Of a stretch of DNA of 32,778 nt, positions 1 through 9,300 are shown one piece after another; position 1 is the stretch's first letter, and each line of letters opens with the position of its first letter. The stretch is from a virus (Duplodnaviria > Caudoviricetes), in IMG/VR virus record IMGVR_UViG_3300009180_000129, positions 1-32,778 of that record. The stretch is one strand, 5' to 3'. The translations under genes and the position numbers were made by a program. The notes beneath the pieces were generated by a model. The model saw nothing but the letters and a program-made list of their open reading frames with translations. It had not been told where the DNA came from and did no database searches.

Positions 1-648
1 AGTTGTGACTCCACTAATAGAAACAATACTTGTAATACCAACAGCGTTTGGATTTACAAACTCCGCTTTATTGGTGGTTGAGTTCCATTGTAGAAACTTA
101 CCATCATACGCACTTGGATTTGTCTTAATTCCTACAAGTCCATCAAGATATCTAAAACGATATTCTCCCCCACCACCAACTGTTGATAGTTGTTGTTGAA
201 TACGAGAAAGGAAAGTGCTGTAATGTTTTTGTAAATCATCAAGTGTTGCGAACTTTTGGTCTAATGGAGTTAATGGGTCTTGTTGAACTTTAACATCACT
301 TGGTTCAGCAAGAAGTCCTAATGATTTTTCAATCAGTTCTTCTTTGGGTTCTTCAAGTTCTTCCTTATGGTCTTCTAATACCTCAAGGACTTCATCCAAA
401 GATTTTTCAATTACATCCTCAATAATTTGTTCTTGTTCTTTGGTTGTCTCTGAATATAACCAATCCTCAAATGCCTTTACAGTTTTCTGTTCTTGTATTT
501 TCTTCTTTTTAGTTTCTTTCTTTAAATTAGCAACTTCACCAAAAAGTGAATCTAATCCCAAGTCTCCGACTATAGAATCAAATTCTTCTTTTTTCTTTTT
601 TTTATCTTCTGCTAATAATTTAAAAAAATCATTCAAGTCTTGAGACAT
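1..648 (-). CDS. Partial hypothetical protein (>=216 aa, runs off left edge): charged coiled-coil N-terminus followed by a fibre-like repeat
   Basis: Not in the ORF track. Manually translated from ATG at 648, immediately after the stop of the 615-aa gene, and open to base 1: MSQDLNDFFKLLAEDKKKKKEEF...DPLTPLDQKFATLDDLQKHYSTFLSRIQQQLSTVGGGGEYRFRYLDGLVGIKTNPSAYDGKFLQWNSTTNKAEF... Confidence 0.85.
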   Translation of the reverse strand, partial: MSQDLNDFFKLLAEDKKKKKEEFDSIVGDLGLDSLFGEVANLKKETKKKKIQEQKTVKAFEDWLYSETTKEQEQIIEDVIEKSLDEVLEVLEDHKEELEEPKEELIEKSLGLLAEPSDVKVQQDPLTPLDQKFATLDDLQKHYSTFLSRIQQQLSTVGGGGEYRFRYLDGLVGIKTNPSAYDGKFLQWNSTTNKAEFVNPNAVGITSIVSISGVTT

Positions 649-649
649 A

Positions 650-2497
650 TTAACAATTCCACTTTCTTAATGATTTATTGATTCTTGAATTGGGGTCATG
701 TGCAGTTTTTGCACTTGTTAATTTTGCTTTCATTCCTTTCATTCTGGAGCAAAATGACTTTCTGCGATTTGCTGATTTTGACCCTTTCTTTAATTCCGAT
801 GGTTTTGTTGTAACCGCAAGTGAGAGATGTGACCCAGGATTCTCTTTGCGGTAAGAAGCAATCCCTTTTTTATTTAGACCACCCTCAGGATTCTTTCCCT
901 CTTTTCTTTGCCAAGCGGCAGATGCTTCAATCATAAATTGGAAAAAAGTCTTTCCTTCATCAACTCCTTGAAGTTTTCCTGCCTGCTTTAAAGCAACAAT
1001 TCTTTGTCTGGGAGTCATCTGGCCTTTTCTTTTCATAATTTTTTGAATAGCAACATCAAATGGTTTTTTATCGGAAGGAATATTCGTATCTGCTACTTGC
1101 TCTTCAATATAAGTTCCTTCAGATTCGTAGTGTGCTAATTGAACCTTTGGTCTTTTTGGTGCAGGAACATAGGGATTTTTTGGATCTTCTTTTGGTGCTT
1201 TATATGGTTCGTATGGAGATCCACCTTCTCCCTTTGCTAAAGGTAGTTTTGGTTCTTTTCCTTTTATAATTCTAATTTTTATATCATCTGGATTTTCTTT
1301 TGGGAGAGAGGGATTTTTGTATGGAGACCTTCCCCCAGCAATAGTTGGACTAATTGTTTCTTTAACCAGGCGATCTGCTTTAATGATGTCAATAATTCTG
1401 AGGAATGTATTACCATTTGCATCTTCGATGGTAACATCTTCATTTACCTTACTTTCACCACTATCAATATAATCGGCAGCAGTATCAATATAATCTGCAG
1501 CTTTGGTAATTTTTGATTGAACCCATGCCTCTATATTACCGTTACCTTTCATCTTCTTCTTTAATCTTTTTGCGGCGTTCATAATTGTGTTCAGTTCAGA
1601 ACGCGCCATTGAATACTCATAATCCTTCTCCTCATTGGCAGGATGTGGAGTATTTGGATCATATTTGTTTAAAGTAATTGGCATTGAGAACATATCCCAA
1701 TATTTTGGTCCATATTTACACTCACTACGAGTCTCATCTTTTTTACATTGTGGGCAGTATCTTACCATTCCAGTTTCTTCTTTAACCGAGACACAGTTTG
1801 GAACTATTTTCTTACCTTTTTTCTTCATACCTTTTGCTTCATATCCATCCCAACACGCTTCACTTTTAGTTCCCCAACTATCAGCACCAACTTTGCGGCA
1901 TTTTACAAGTGCTCCGGACGCATATGCACTTGGCCAAACTTTATATCTAGATTTTACCTTTTTATAACAAGCGTCTTTTTCACCAGCAGATTCTTGAGTT
2001 ACCATTTTTGCTTTACCTGATCTATTTGGGTTTGGATCTTCTTTACGTTTTTTAGCAGCTCTCTCATTTCTTTCATCTTCATCCATTGTGGCACGATCAT
2101 CGGGATCTCTACAATAAGGTTTTGTTTTTTGTCCTGGTTGTTTGGCACAAGGTTTCCCATCATACTTTCCACCAGTTTGAACCCATCCACCATCATCAAA
2201 CCACTTATCTAACCTGCCTTTATAATCCTTTGCTTTAATTCCATCAGTTGCTTCTTTGACATCTTTAAATTTCTTATGCTCTTTCTTTGCAGATGCTTCC
2301 ATTTTTTTCAAACGAGTATAATAATCTGGAATCTCATCTAAATGCTGAAGAGCAATATCAGTTGCTAAAACTTTATCCTGTGTGTGTTCATGTTCAATCG
2401 GAATTCCCATTTCAAGTTGCTTTTGAATATCCGAAACATCCATACGATGTTTCTTCGCAATCTGTTCAACTGTTTTATGAGATTTTATTTTAAACAC
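650..2497 (-). CDS. Modular Lys-rich protein, probable head-internal protein/polyprotein (DUF5661-like, DUF5872-like and DUF6321-like modules)
   Basis: 615-aa ORF with GTG start, downstream of gp16 and a CTAAATA late promoter. Recognisable small phage modules: EHEHT..D.ALQHLDEIPDYYTRLKKME; LDKWF...PYCR; PSAYASGALVKCRK; CWDGY..KGMKKKGKKIVPNCV; AWVQSKITKAADYIDT; AWQRKEGKNPEGGLN...RRKSFCSRM...LRKWNC. DUF names are from memory and unverified. Confidence 0.75.
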   Translation of the reverse strand: MFKIKSHKTVEQIAKKHRMDVSDIQKQLEMGIPIEHEHTQDKVLATDIALQHLDEIPDYYTRLKKMEASAKKEHKKFKDVKEATDGIKAKDYKGRLDKWFDDGGWVQTGGKYDGKPCAKQPGQKTKPYCRDPDDRATMDEDERNERAAKKRKEDPNPNRSGKAKMVTQESAGEKDACYKKVKSRYKVWPSAYASGALVKCRKVGADSWGTKSEACWDGYEAKGMKKKGKKIVPNCVSVKEETGMVRYCPQCKKDETRSECKYGPKYWDMFSMPITLNKYDPNTPHPANEEKDYEYSMARSELNTIMNAAKRLKKKMKGNGNIEAWVQSKITKAADYIDTAADYIDSGESKVNEDVTIEDANGNTFLRIIDIIKADRLVKETISPTIAGGRSPYKNPSLPKENPDDIKIRIIKGKEPKLPLAKGEGGSPYEPYKAPKEDPKNPYVPAPKRPKVQLAHYESEGTYIEEQVADTNIPSDKKPFDVAIQKIMKRKGQMTPRQRIVALKQAGKLQGVDEGKTFFQFMIEASAAWQRKEGKNPEGGLNKKGIASYRKENPGSHLSLAVTTKPSELKKGSKSANRRKSFCSRMKGMKAKLTSAKTAHDPNSRINKSLRKWNC

Positions 2498-2509
2498 AAG
2501 ATTCTTATA

Positions 2510-2932
2510 TTATTCTTTATTATTTAGAAAACCTTGTTTAAGTATTTTTGACAATTCTGTTGTTGACCCAACAAACAAAGCATTATTGGTCACACTACTT
2601 GGCGACTTTACAGTATCTTCTTGGACATCTTTGAGTTTTTTCTGCAAATCAATTAGTTTATCAGTTGTATCCGCAACACTTTTAATTAATTGACCGGCAA
2701 CCTCATATGCTCTTGGAGAACCACCTTCTCCAGCAAGTTCCATAATTCCATTAATTGCTTCTTGCCCCTTTTCAATTAATGAATATAAATTTGCTCTTGT
2801 ATATTCATAATCTTTTTTAATATCATCAGATTTTACTGGAAGAATATCAATTTTTTCTTTAGGTTTTTCTACCTCAACAATACTACTTTCAATATTCAGG
2901 GCATTATCTAATCCTTCATAATTATTTTTCAT
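2510..2932 (-). CDS. gp16: Terminase small subunit (T4 gp16-like)
   Basis: 140 aa with DYEYTRANLYSLIEKGQEAI...SPRAYEVAGQLIK...NNALFVGSTTELSKIL, typical of cyanophage gp16; lies directly after gp15. Confidence 0.92.
   Translation of the reverse strand: MKNNYEGLDNALNIESSIVEVEKPKEKIDILPVKSDDIKKDYEYTRANLYSLIEKGQEAINGIMELAGEGGSPRAYEVAGQLIKSVADTTDKLIDLQKKLKDVQEDTVKSPSSVTNNALFVGSTTELSKILKQGFLNNKE
2521..2527 (-). promoter_or_regulatory. T4-type late promoter variant (CTAAATA)
   Basis: Minus strand reads TTTCTAAATAATAAAG in the 3' end of gp16, about 25 nt upstream of the 615-aa ORF start. Confidence 0.5.
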
Positions 2933-2938
2933 AATTTA

Positions 2939-3736
2939 CTAAATATCCGTCTGTTGTGTTGGACTATAAGTCTTAGAGTCTGAAAATTGTTCCCAAGTTT
3001 CATTAAATCCAAAATCATCTCCAGGTTGAGCATCAATTGGATCTGGAACAACAGTGTATCTCATTTCTCTTTTTGCCAAATTAACGTCAGTACTTGCATA
3101 AGTATCAATTTGAACTTTGCGGATGAGACCTTCCGTACTGCTAGCAATTGGTCCAAATAAGTAGGTTTTTGCTGTAAAATTCAAAGTATAAATTAATGCT
3201 CTTCTGGTAGAAAAATCTCCCTCATATTCATCCTTAAAAGAAATATCATCAAGAACAATTGGAATATCCCTTTTTTCACCAATAGAATCGATCAAATCTA
3301 CAGTAACAGTAAATGCTGGTTGAAAATTTGGCAATATCTGTTCTATAATTTGAAGTACATCATCATTTAATTTTGAAAATATATTTAATTGGAATCCAAT
3401 ATTATATGGTACTGGTAAATAAACTTTTTTTAAATTTACTCCATCAGATGCCTTAAATGATTGAGTTACACTAGTTTTTCTAGTAGCATCGTAATTTAAA
3501 GATACCATTTCAAATGACATTCTTGGCAAAGTTATTTGAACTGGTTTATTCAATTCGGGTTGCTGTTCCAAACGTGCTAAAAATTTTTGATTTGGTCCAT
3601 ATGCCAATGGAACCCTCATTTCCGAATATTCATTGCCGTTCTCATCATCATGTTTTATATAAATTTCATTAAATAATGTTCCGAAAGCAATAATAGTTTT
3701 TCTAATTATTTGATGGTAGTAATATGTTCCTAACAT
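2939..3736 (-). CDS. gp15: Tail sheath stabiliser / tail terminator (T4 gp15-like)
   Basis: MLGTYYYHQIIRKTIIAFGTLFN...VPLAYGPNQKFLARL...LPRMSFE...LQIIEQILPNFQP...YTLNFTAKTYLFGP; synteny 13-14-15-16; TAATG overlap with gp14. Confidence 0.95.
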   Translation of the reverse strand: MLGTYYYHQIIRKTIIAFGTLFNEIYIKHDDENGNEYSEMRVPLAYGPNQKFLARLEQQPELNKPVQITLPRMSFEMVSLNYDATRKTSVTQSFKASDGVNLKKVYLPVPYNIGFQLNIFSKLNDDVLQIIEQILPNFQPAFTVTVDLIDSIGEKRDIPIVLDDISFKDEYEGDFSTRRALIYTLNFTAKTYLFGPIASSTEGLIRKVQIDTYASTDVNLAKREMRYTVVPDPIDAQPGDDFGFNETWEQFSDSKTYSPTQQTDI

Positions 3737-5127
3737 TAGTAATTTCCAAATGGATTTGATTCTGAAAAATCTATGATAAGATCTGCTTCCGCTTCAATCT
3801 CATCATTTTGTTCATATTTATCTGATGATGGACTCACATTATATTTCTTAAGAGTATATCTAGATGATGATGCACTACCGACAATTGTTTCTCCAGGTAA
3901 AAATTCTCCAGAAGTTATACCAATTTGAAGAATACTTGTATCCTTATCCCAAGATTTAACTGATGCTTTTGCTCCAGAAATAGATCCAGTAACAACTTCA
4001 TTGAATATATAAGTACCAATTCCTGTTGGGGATGGTGGAGATGCTATAGTTATGGACGTATTTCCATATCCACTACCAGCATCCGATATTAAAATTCGTG
4101 ATATTGTATTTCCAATACTAACTACTGCAGCACCGTAAGCAGAATTTCCACCAAATCCTGGAGATCCAAATGTAACTGATGGGGAATTGATATAACCATA
4201 TCCACCAGTGGTAATTGCTACGTTAGTTATTCCATATGAATCTGTAATAATCTCACAAGTAGCATCTGCTCCAGATCCACCGCCACCAATGAATGATATT
4301 GTTGGAGTTGTAGTATATCCTGCTCCAGCATTTGTTAATAAAATTCTATCAATAGAGCAAACTCCACCTATACAGGATGTAATTGCAACCGCAGTAGCAT
4401 TAGTTCCTCCAGATGGTGCTGAACTTATGGCTACCGTTGGAGTTGATGTATATCTATAACCATCATTATTGAGTATTATTCTTCTAATATATCCACTAGA
4501 TATTCCAACAGTTGCCTGTGCTTGACTTGTAAATGCAAATAATTCCAAATCATTAATATAACCTTGTGTCTTTAATGTAGCATCAATTTCTTCGACTGTG
4601 GTATCCATTCCTTCCCATCCACCAATTTCATCTTCATATTCGAATAATTCGCATTGTAATTCATAAACATATAAATTTCCCAATTGATAAAAGGGTTTCT
4701 CATGTTCTACAAATTTGACTTCGAATAATCTTTTACCTAAAGGAAAATAGATTATATCTCCCTCTCTTGGTCTAGTTGTAATAGTAATTTCATCATCTGG
4801 CATTGATTCCAAAAATGGAGATATAAAATCTTCAAATCTTTCTCTTGATATGACTAAATTTACCTCATCTTTGAGACTCATACCAAATTTTGTCAGTATA
4901 TCACCAGCTCCAGTGTATCCGTCATAAGTATTGATATATGCTTCAATCATAAAATTATCATTAAATTTTGAAGCACTAATTTCTCTAATGATTGTTTCTT
5001 TCTTTACAAATTTTCTTGGAATATATGCAACTTCAACACCATACATTCTCAACTGTTCGTTGATTAGTTGTTGTATTAGTCTTTGTTCGCTAGAAGAACC
5101 TTGCTGAAAAAATGGATTAAGTGCCAT
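3736..5127 (-). CDS. gp14: Neck protein (T4 gp14-like) with inserted Gly/Thr/Ser-rich beta-repeat region
   Basis: MALNPFFQQG..EQRLIQQLINEQLRMYG; RPREGDIIYFPL; FEVKFVEHEKPFYQLG; C-terminal DFSESNPFG. Confidence 0.95.
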   Translation of the reverse strand: MALNPFFQQGSSSEQRLIQQLINEQLRMYGVEVAYIPRKFVKKETIIREISASKFNDNFMIEAYINTYDGYTGAGDILTKFGMSLKDEVNLVISRERFEDFISPFLESMPDDEITITTRPREGDIIYFPLGKRLFEVKFVEHEKPFYQLGNLYVYELQCELFEYEDEIGGWEGMDTTVEEIDATLKTQGYINDLELFAFTSQAQATVGISSGYIRRIILNNDGYRYTSTPTVAISSAPSGGTNATAVAITSCIGGVCSIDRILLTNAGAGYTTTPTISFIGGGGSGADATCEIITDSYGITNVAITTGGYGYINSPSVTFGSPGFGGNSAYGAAVVSIGNTISRILISDAGSGYGNTSITIASPPSPTGIGTYIFNEVVTGSISGAKASVKSWDKDTSILQIGITSGEFLPGETIVGSASSSRYTLKKYNVSPSSDKYEQNDEIEAEADLIIDFSESNPFGNY

Positions 5128-5966
5128 TATCCAATAAAATCGTAGGGTGGAAGTTCGTATTCGAGAGCCATTTTTGATCTAATTTCTTCTATTTCCCTTT
5201 CCGCATCGTCATATATTTCTCTACCATTCAATTCAATTCCTCCAGGAAGTTTAACTCCTCTAAATTTAATTAAATTTTGTCCCCATTGTCTTTTAATCAA
5301 TGCCGTTAAATATCTTTTTATAAAACTATCATTCCAAACCTTAGTAAAATCATTGGGATCTAAAATCCTATAGCAATCAATTACTAGAAAACTATCTGCC
5401 TTTTGTGCTCCCCATTCAATATCCAAATACATTCTATTTTGTCTTTTATTAAATCTAATTTGCTTATCTGTTGTGAGTAAAAAGTCAATGTCTTCCAAAT
5501 AACTTTTTACCATTGCATATTGCAATAATTCCACCGAATTGAAATAATACAAATCATTTAAAAATAATTGATACTTAATACTAAACATTCCACCACTAAT
5601 TGAACTTGTATCAAATTTAAAAACTTTTTCTATTCCTATGACAGAATCAGGAACTTGAATGTAATTTGCAGTTTCATAAAAATTAAAATTTGTCGATACG
5701 CCATTAATTGTAGATGTTCCTGTGGTAGTTTTAATTCCCACCCCATCAGTACCTTTTCCAGTTCCTCTAGCAATATCTGCTTGGGTAATTTTATATTTCA
5801 GATACATTCTTTCAACACCATCAAAATGCCTCTCATGGAAGTACTGAAGGGCATCATCAACTAAATCATCAACTTGGTCATCGTCAACGTTAATTTCCAA
5901 TACAGGGGCACCCAGACGCCTTAAACAATAATCAATTAACTCTTGCCTTGACGATGGTTTTGCCAT
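5127..5966 (-). CDS. gp13: Neck protein (T4 gp13-like)
   Basis: MAKPSSRQELIDYCLRRLGAPVLEINVDDDQ...ALIKRQWGQNLIKFRGVKLPGGIELNG...PPYDFIG. Confidence 0.96.
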   Translation of the reverse strand: MAKPSSRQELIDYCLRRLGAPVLEINVDDDQVDDLVDDALQYFHERHFDGVERMYLKYKITQADIARGTGKGTDGVGIKTTTGTSTINGVSTNFNFYETANYIQVPDSVIGIEKVFKFDTSSISGGMFSIKYQLFLNDLYYFNSVELLQYAMVKSYLEDIDFLLTTDKQIRFNKRQNRMYLDIEWGAQKADSFLVIDCYRILDPNDFTKVWNDSFIKRYLTALIKRQWGQNLIKFRGVKLPGGIELNGREIYDDAEREIEEIRSKMALEYELPPYDFIG

Positions 5967-5986
5967 TATTTACAACTATTTTTAAT

Positions 5987-5994
5987 TATTTATT
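5987..5994 (-). promoter_or_regulatory. T4-type late promoter (AATAAATA) for gp13
   Basis: Minus strand TAATAAATA overlapping the stop of the upstream 55-aa ORF, about 20 nt before the gp13 ATG. Confidence 0.6.
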
Positions 5995-6160
5995 ACGAGA
6001 TTAAATCTTTTACTACTTCTTGCTGTTTTAAATATAATTTGCAATATAATTTTGCAAAAATTTTTAATTGTTCAATATCCATACTTTCAATAATTCGGGC
6101 TTGTTTTTCATATTCGAATAATTTGCCAATATCTTCTAATGTAATATCATTTGGATCCAT
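5993..6160 (-). CDS. 55-aa helical protein, NblA-like (phycobilisome degradation adaptor-like)
   Basis: Below the ORF-track cutoff. Manual translation: MDPNDITLEDIGKLFEYEKQARIIESMDIEQLKIFAKLYCKLYLKQQEVVKDLIS. It fills the gap between the 67-aa ORF and gp13. Size and the pattern F-x5-A-x5-M-x3-Q-x-K-x-F match NblA as I recall it. The CDS call is confident; the function is tentative. Confidence 0.65.
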   Translation of the reverse strand: MDPNDITLEDIGKLFEYEKQARIIESMDIEQLKIFAKLYCKLYLKQQEVVKDLIS

Positions 6161-6350
6161 TAATTATCTCCTTTAATAGGTTTTTAATTTCCGAAATGTC
6201 GTCCTTCATTTTCTCAATTTCTTCTCTTTGAGATTTTCTACTAATTAGACTATTATTATACTGAGTGTATGATACACTATCTGCATTAATTATTGCACCA
6301 CTATATTCATCTCGAAATAAATTTGTGTGCCCTTCTACTGGTATCATCAT
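6147..6350 (-). CDS. Small hypothetical protein with C-terminal coiled coil
   Basis: 67 aa (IPVEGHTNLFRDEYSGAIIN...MKDDISEIKNLLKEI); ATGA overlap with the stop of the VrlC-like gene. Confidence 0.85.
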   Translation of the reverse strand: MMIPVEGHTNLFRDEYSGAIINADSVSYTQYNNSLISRKSQREEIEKMKDDISEIKNLLKEIINGSK

Positions 6351-9300
6351 GCTAATGCGATAGTTCTTACATCTTTTAATCTTGGATATCTTGCTTGATC
6401 TGTTCCAGACATTACAATTTTAATTTTATATCCAGTAAACGGTCCAATATTAGATGCCGTATATTGATATTCTAAGAACTGATTTTGCAGACTTGAAGGA
6501 ACAGCAATATCAGGTAATCCACTATTTCTAGAAGGATCCACAACATCAAGATATCCATCTTGATTGTTGTCTATTGTTAGATTATCGTATCCTGGGAAAA
6601 GTTCATATGCTTGCTCAATTTCAGATGAATCTGGTCTAATTAAACTATATAAAACTCTAAAATCTGCCGATGAATGTCTATATGCAGCAACAAAAACTTT
6701 TAAAGTATTTGATTGTTGTGATAATCTAATAGTATTTGAAACATAAATTGCGGCATGTGGATCATCTGTTAAAGAACTTGATCTCTTATCAGTTGAGTAG
6801 TTGGAAATTGGTTGGTTTAATCTTCCACTTATAAATTCAGTAAATGTAGTATCTAAGAAAATCATTGGAGATACGTTCCAATTATTTGTTGTCAAGGTAA
6901 TAGCGGTCAAGAAAGATTTATTTCTTGGCATACTGGATAAAAATTCATTTTCATTTGCAGTAGAACATACTATTCTTGAAGAATTCAATACGTTTTCTGC
7001 ATTTAATTCAACGTCTTCATAACCTTGGTCAATAAACGAAGTTTCTGTTCCACTTGCACTTGTACCACTTACGGTTCTTATCTGAGCACTTACTCCTGTA
7101 GTTCCTGATGGTGCAATAATTTGATACATTGGTATTACACTATTGAAAATAATGTTTTCAGAAGCAAATGTTGATGTTCCTCCACATGTAGACTCCAAAT
7201 TGAATCCTAATCTAGGTGCATTGTCTCCAGATCCATCAATTAATCCATCAACACTTCTATCTGGACCTAATGTTGCCACTCCACCATCAACATCATTACC
7301 ATTTAAACTAACTTGAATATGATAACTATCAATATCGAGTCCATAATCACTAATATCATGAGTTGTGTTAATTCTTCTCAATGATACACCATTAACTTCA
7401 TATTTGTATATTAAGTCATTTGTTATATGGTTAATTGGAATTGTAGAATCTACACCTCTTGTAAGGTTTTCGATAATCCCAACTCCTACAGATGTATACT
7501 CAATAATTTCATTATTGATCTGCAGATATCCTGGATTTACCGCACTTACAGGAATACCTTCAAAAATTCTAAAATTAGCAGTATCTGCTATAGAAACATT
7601 AATTAATACATCCGAAGATGCTAGACCCGATATTAAAGGTACAGGTGCAACATTTGATCTAGCATCAGATATTGTTACTCTATTATTATTTGCATACATT
7701 CCATGATTGAAATGATTAACTTTAATATAGTTGCCACCATAGTTTGATCCATATGGAACTGAATTTCCTCTAATATAGGTAGATCCTAAAGTAACTCTAT
7801 TTCCAGAATTATCAAAATAACTTAAGAATGAACCATCACCAAATTGATTTCCTTGTACATTATTGAGATATAGCGTATCTATAGAATTGCTATTTCCAGT
7901 AATAGTAATGCTAGCACCTTCTCCAGTATTCGAAGAAACCGTTGATGTTAGAATTCCAACAATATCACCAACCGCATATCCATTTCCTGGACTTACAATT
8001 GTTGGAGTTCCTGTAATTACTCCACTTGATGCTGAAATATTTAAAGTTAATCCTGAACCTTGTCCAGTAATATTGTATGTTGAAACCAAAGTATCTGTAA
8101 CATAACCTTTTCCACCAGTTGTAAGACTTAAAGAAGATGCTGATGATCCAGTTCCTACAACATATCCATAATTATAGGTCTTTAGATTCTCACCAACTTT
8201 TCTGCCAGTTGTCAATTGGGAAATTAAATTAGAATTATAAGTAGTAGTAATACCAACTTTAAGTTTTCTTGGATAAGTTGTAAGTGGATTTGCAAACAAT
8301 CTCTTAATATAATTGTTACCTCTACCCAAGTCTGGATTTTGAAAGAATACAGTTCCACTAGACTGAGTAAACGCGGCCTTATATAATTTAAATTTCAAAT
8401 CTTGATATTGATTTGCAGTCCAAATCGATCCATTTTGCGATTTAAATAAACTTCCAACTGCAAATTGTGTCGTATACCTTACACTTTCAGCATCTGGAAG
8501 TTCGGCAGTATTAATAGTCTTTTGTCCCATTTCAGCAATCCAAACTTCATATTCATCAGATTCTGGAGCCAGAAGAACTAGGGCATACTCATTTCCTGGG
8601 GGTAAAAATAGGGGATTTGGAAATGTGCATCTGGTTGGAACAGAAGCATCTTCTGAAATATTAATCTGACTTGGACTCAAAACTACACCACCAACAGCCA
8701 TTAATGTTGGTGTTCCTAACTCAACAGTTCTTATTTGAACTGTAATTGATTTATTATTTGTACTCTTATTTCTAAAGTATAAATCAACGGAAGTAAGATA
8801 AACTCCATTAATATCTTCTGTAAATGATTGATTTGCAACAGCATCTATTGAAACTCCGACCGTAAATGTTTGTGCCAAAGGATCGGTATGTCTCTGTGCC
8901 TGTTGCTGAATAATGTTTGTAACGTTTGTAACGTTTGTAACGTTTGTAACGTTTGTAATATCTTGAGTAATATTGGTAATAAAATTTAATTCTTCAGGTG
9001 GCAATTCAAATTGTGATACTGCCGTTTGAGTTGTTTCAGTTAATGTGGTAGTATTAATAATTTGAGTATGATCTAAATTGGCAGTAATAACATTTCTGCG
9101 GACTATATCCTGGTACATTTGCGTAGTACCCTCAGAAAGATAATTAACCTGTGCAGATGAAATATCAGTACTACCTAATAATTGCGTTTCATCCGTTGGA
9201 CTTGAAGTAAGTCTATATGTCTTATTACCAGTGGTTATTCTGACAGTTGGGGGTGGATTTGTATTTGGATCTCTTAGGAAGAATGATCCAATCAAATCTC

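Noticed and set aside
586-603. A-rich run (Lys5) as a programmed frameshift site
   Set aside because: The frame stays open and protein-like through the run, and no alternative long frame or downstream stimulator was seen.
1999-2199. 66-aa alternative-frame ORF inside the 615-aa gene (similarly 20460..20702 and 31542..31724)
   Set aside because: Fully nested out-of-frame ORFs with no motif or translation-signal support.
8915-8958. Possible CRISPR or DGR repeat
   Set aside because: It is a contiguous 9-bp unit with no spacers; no cas or reverse transcriptase gene and no template/variable repeat pair was seen.
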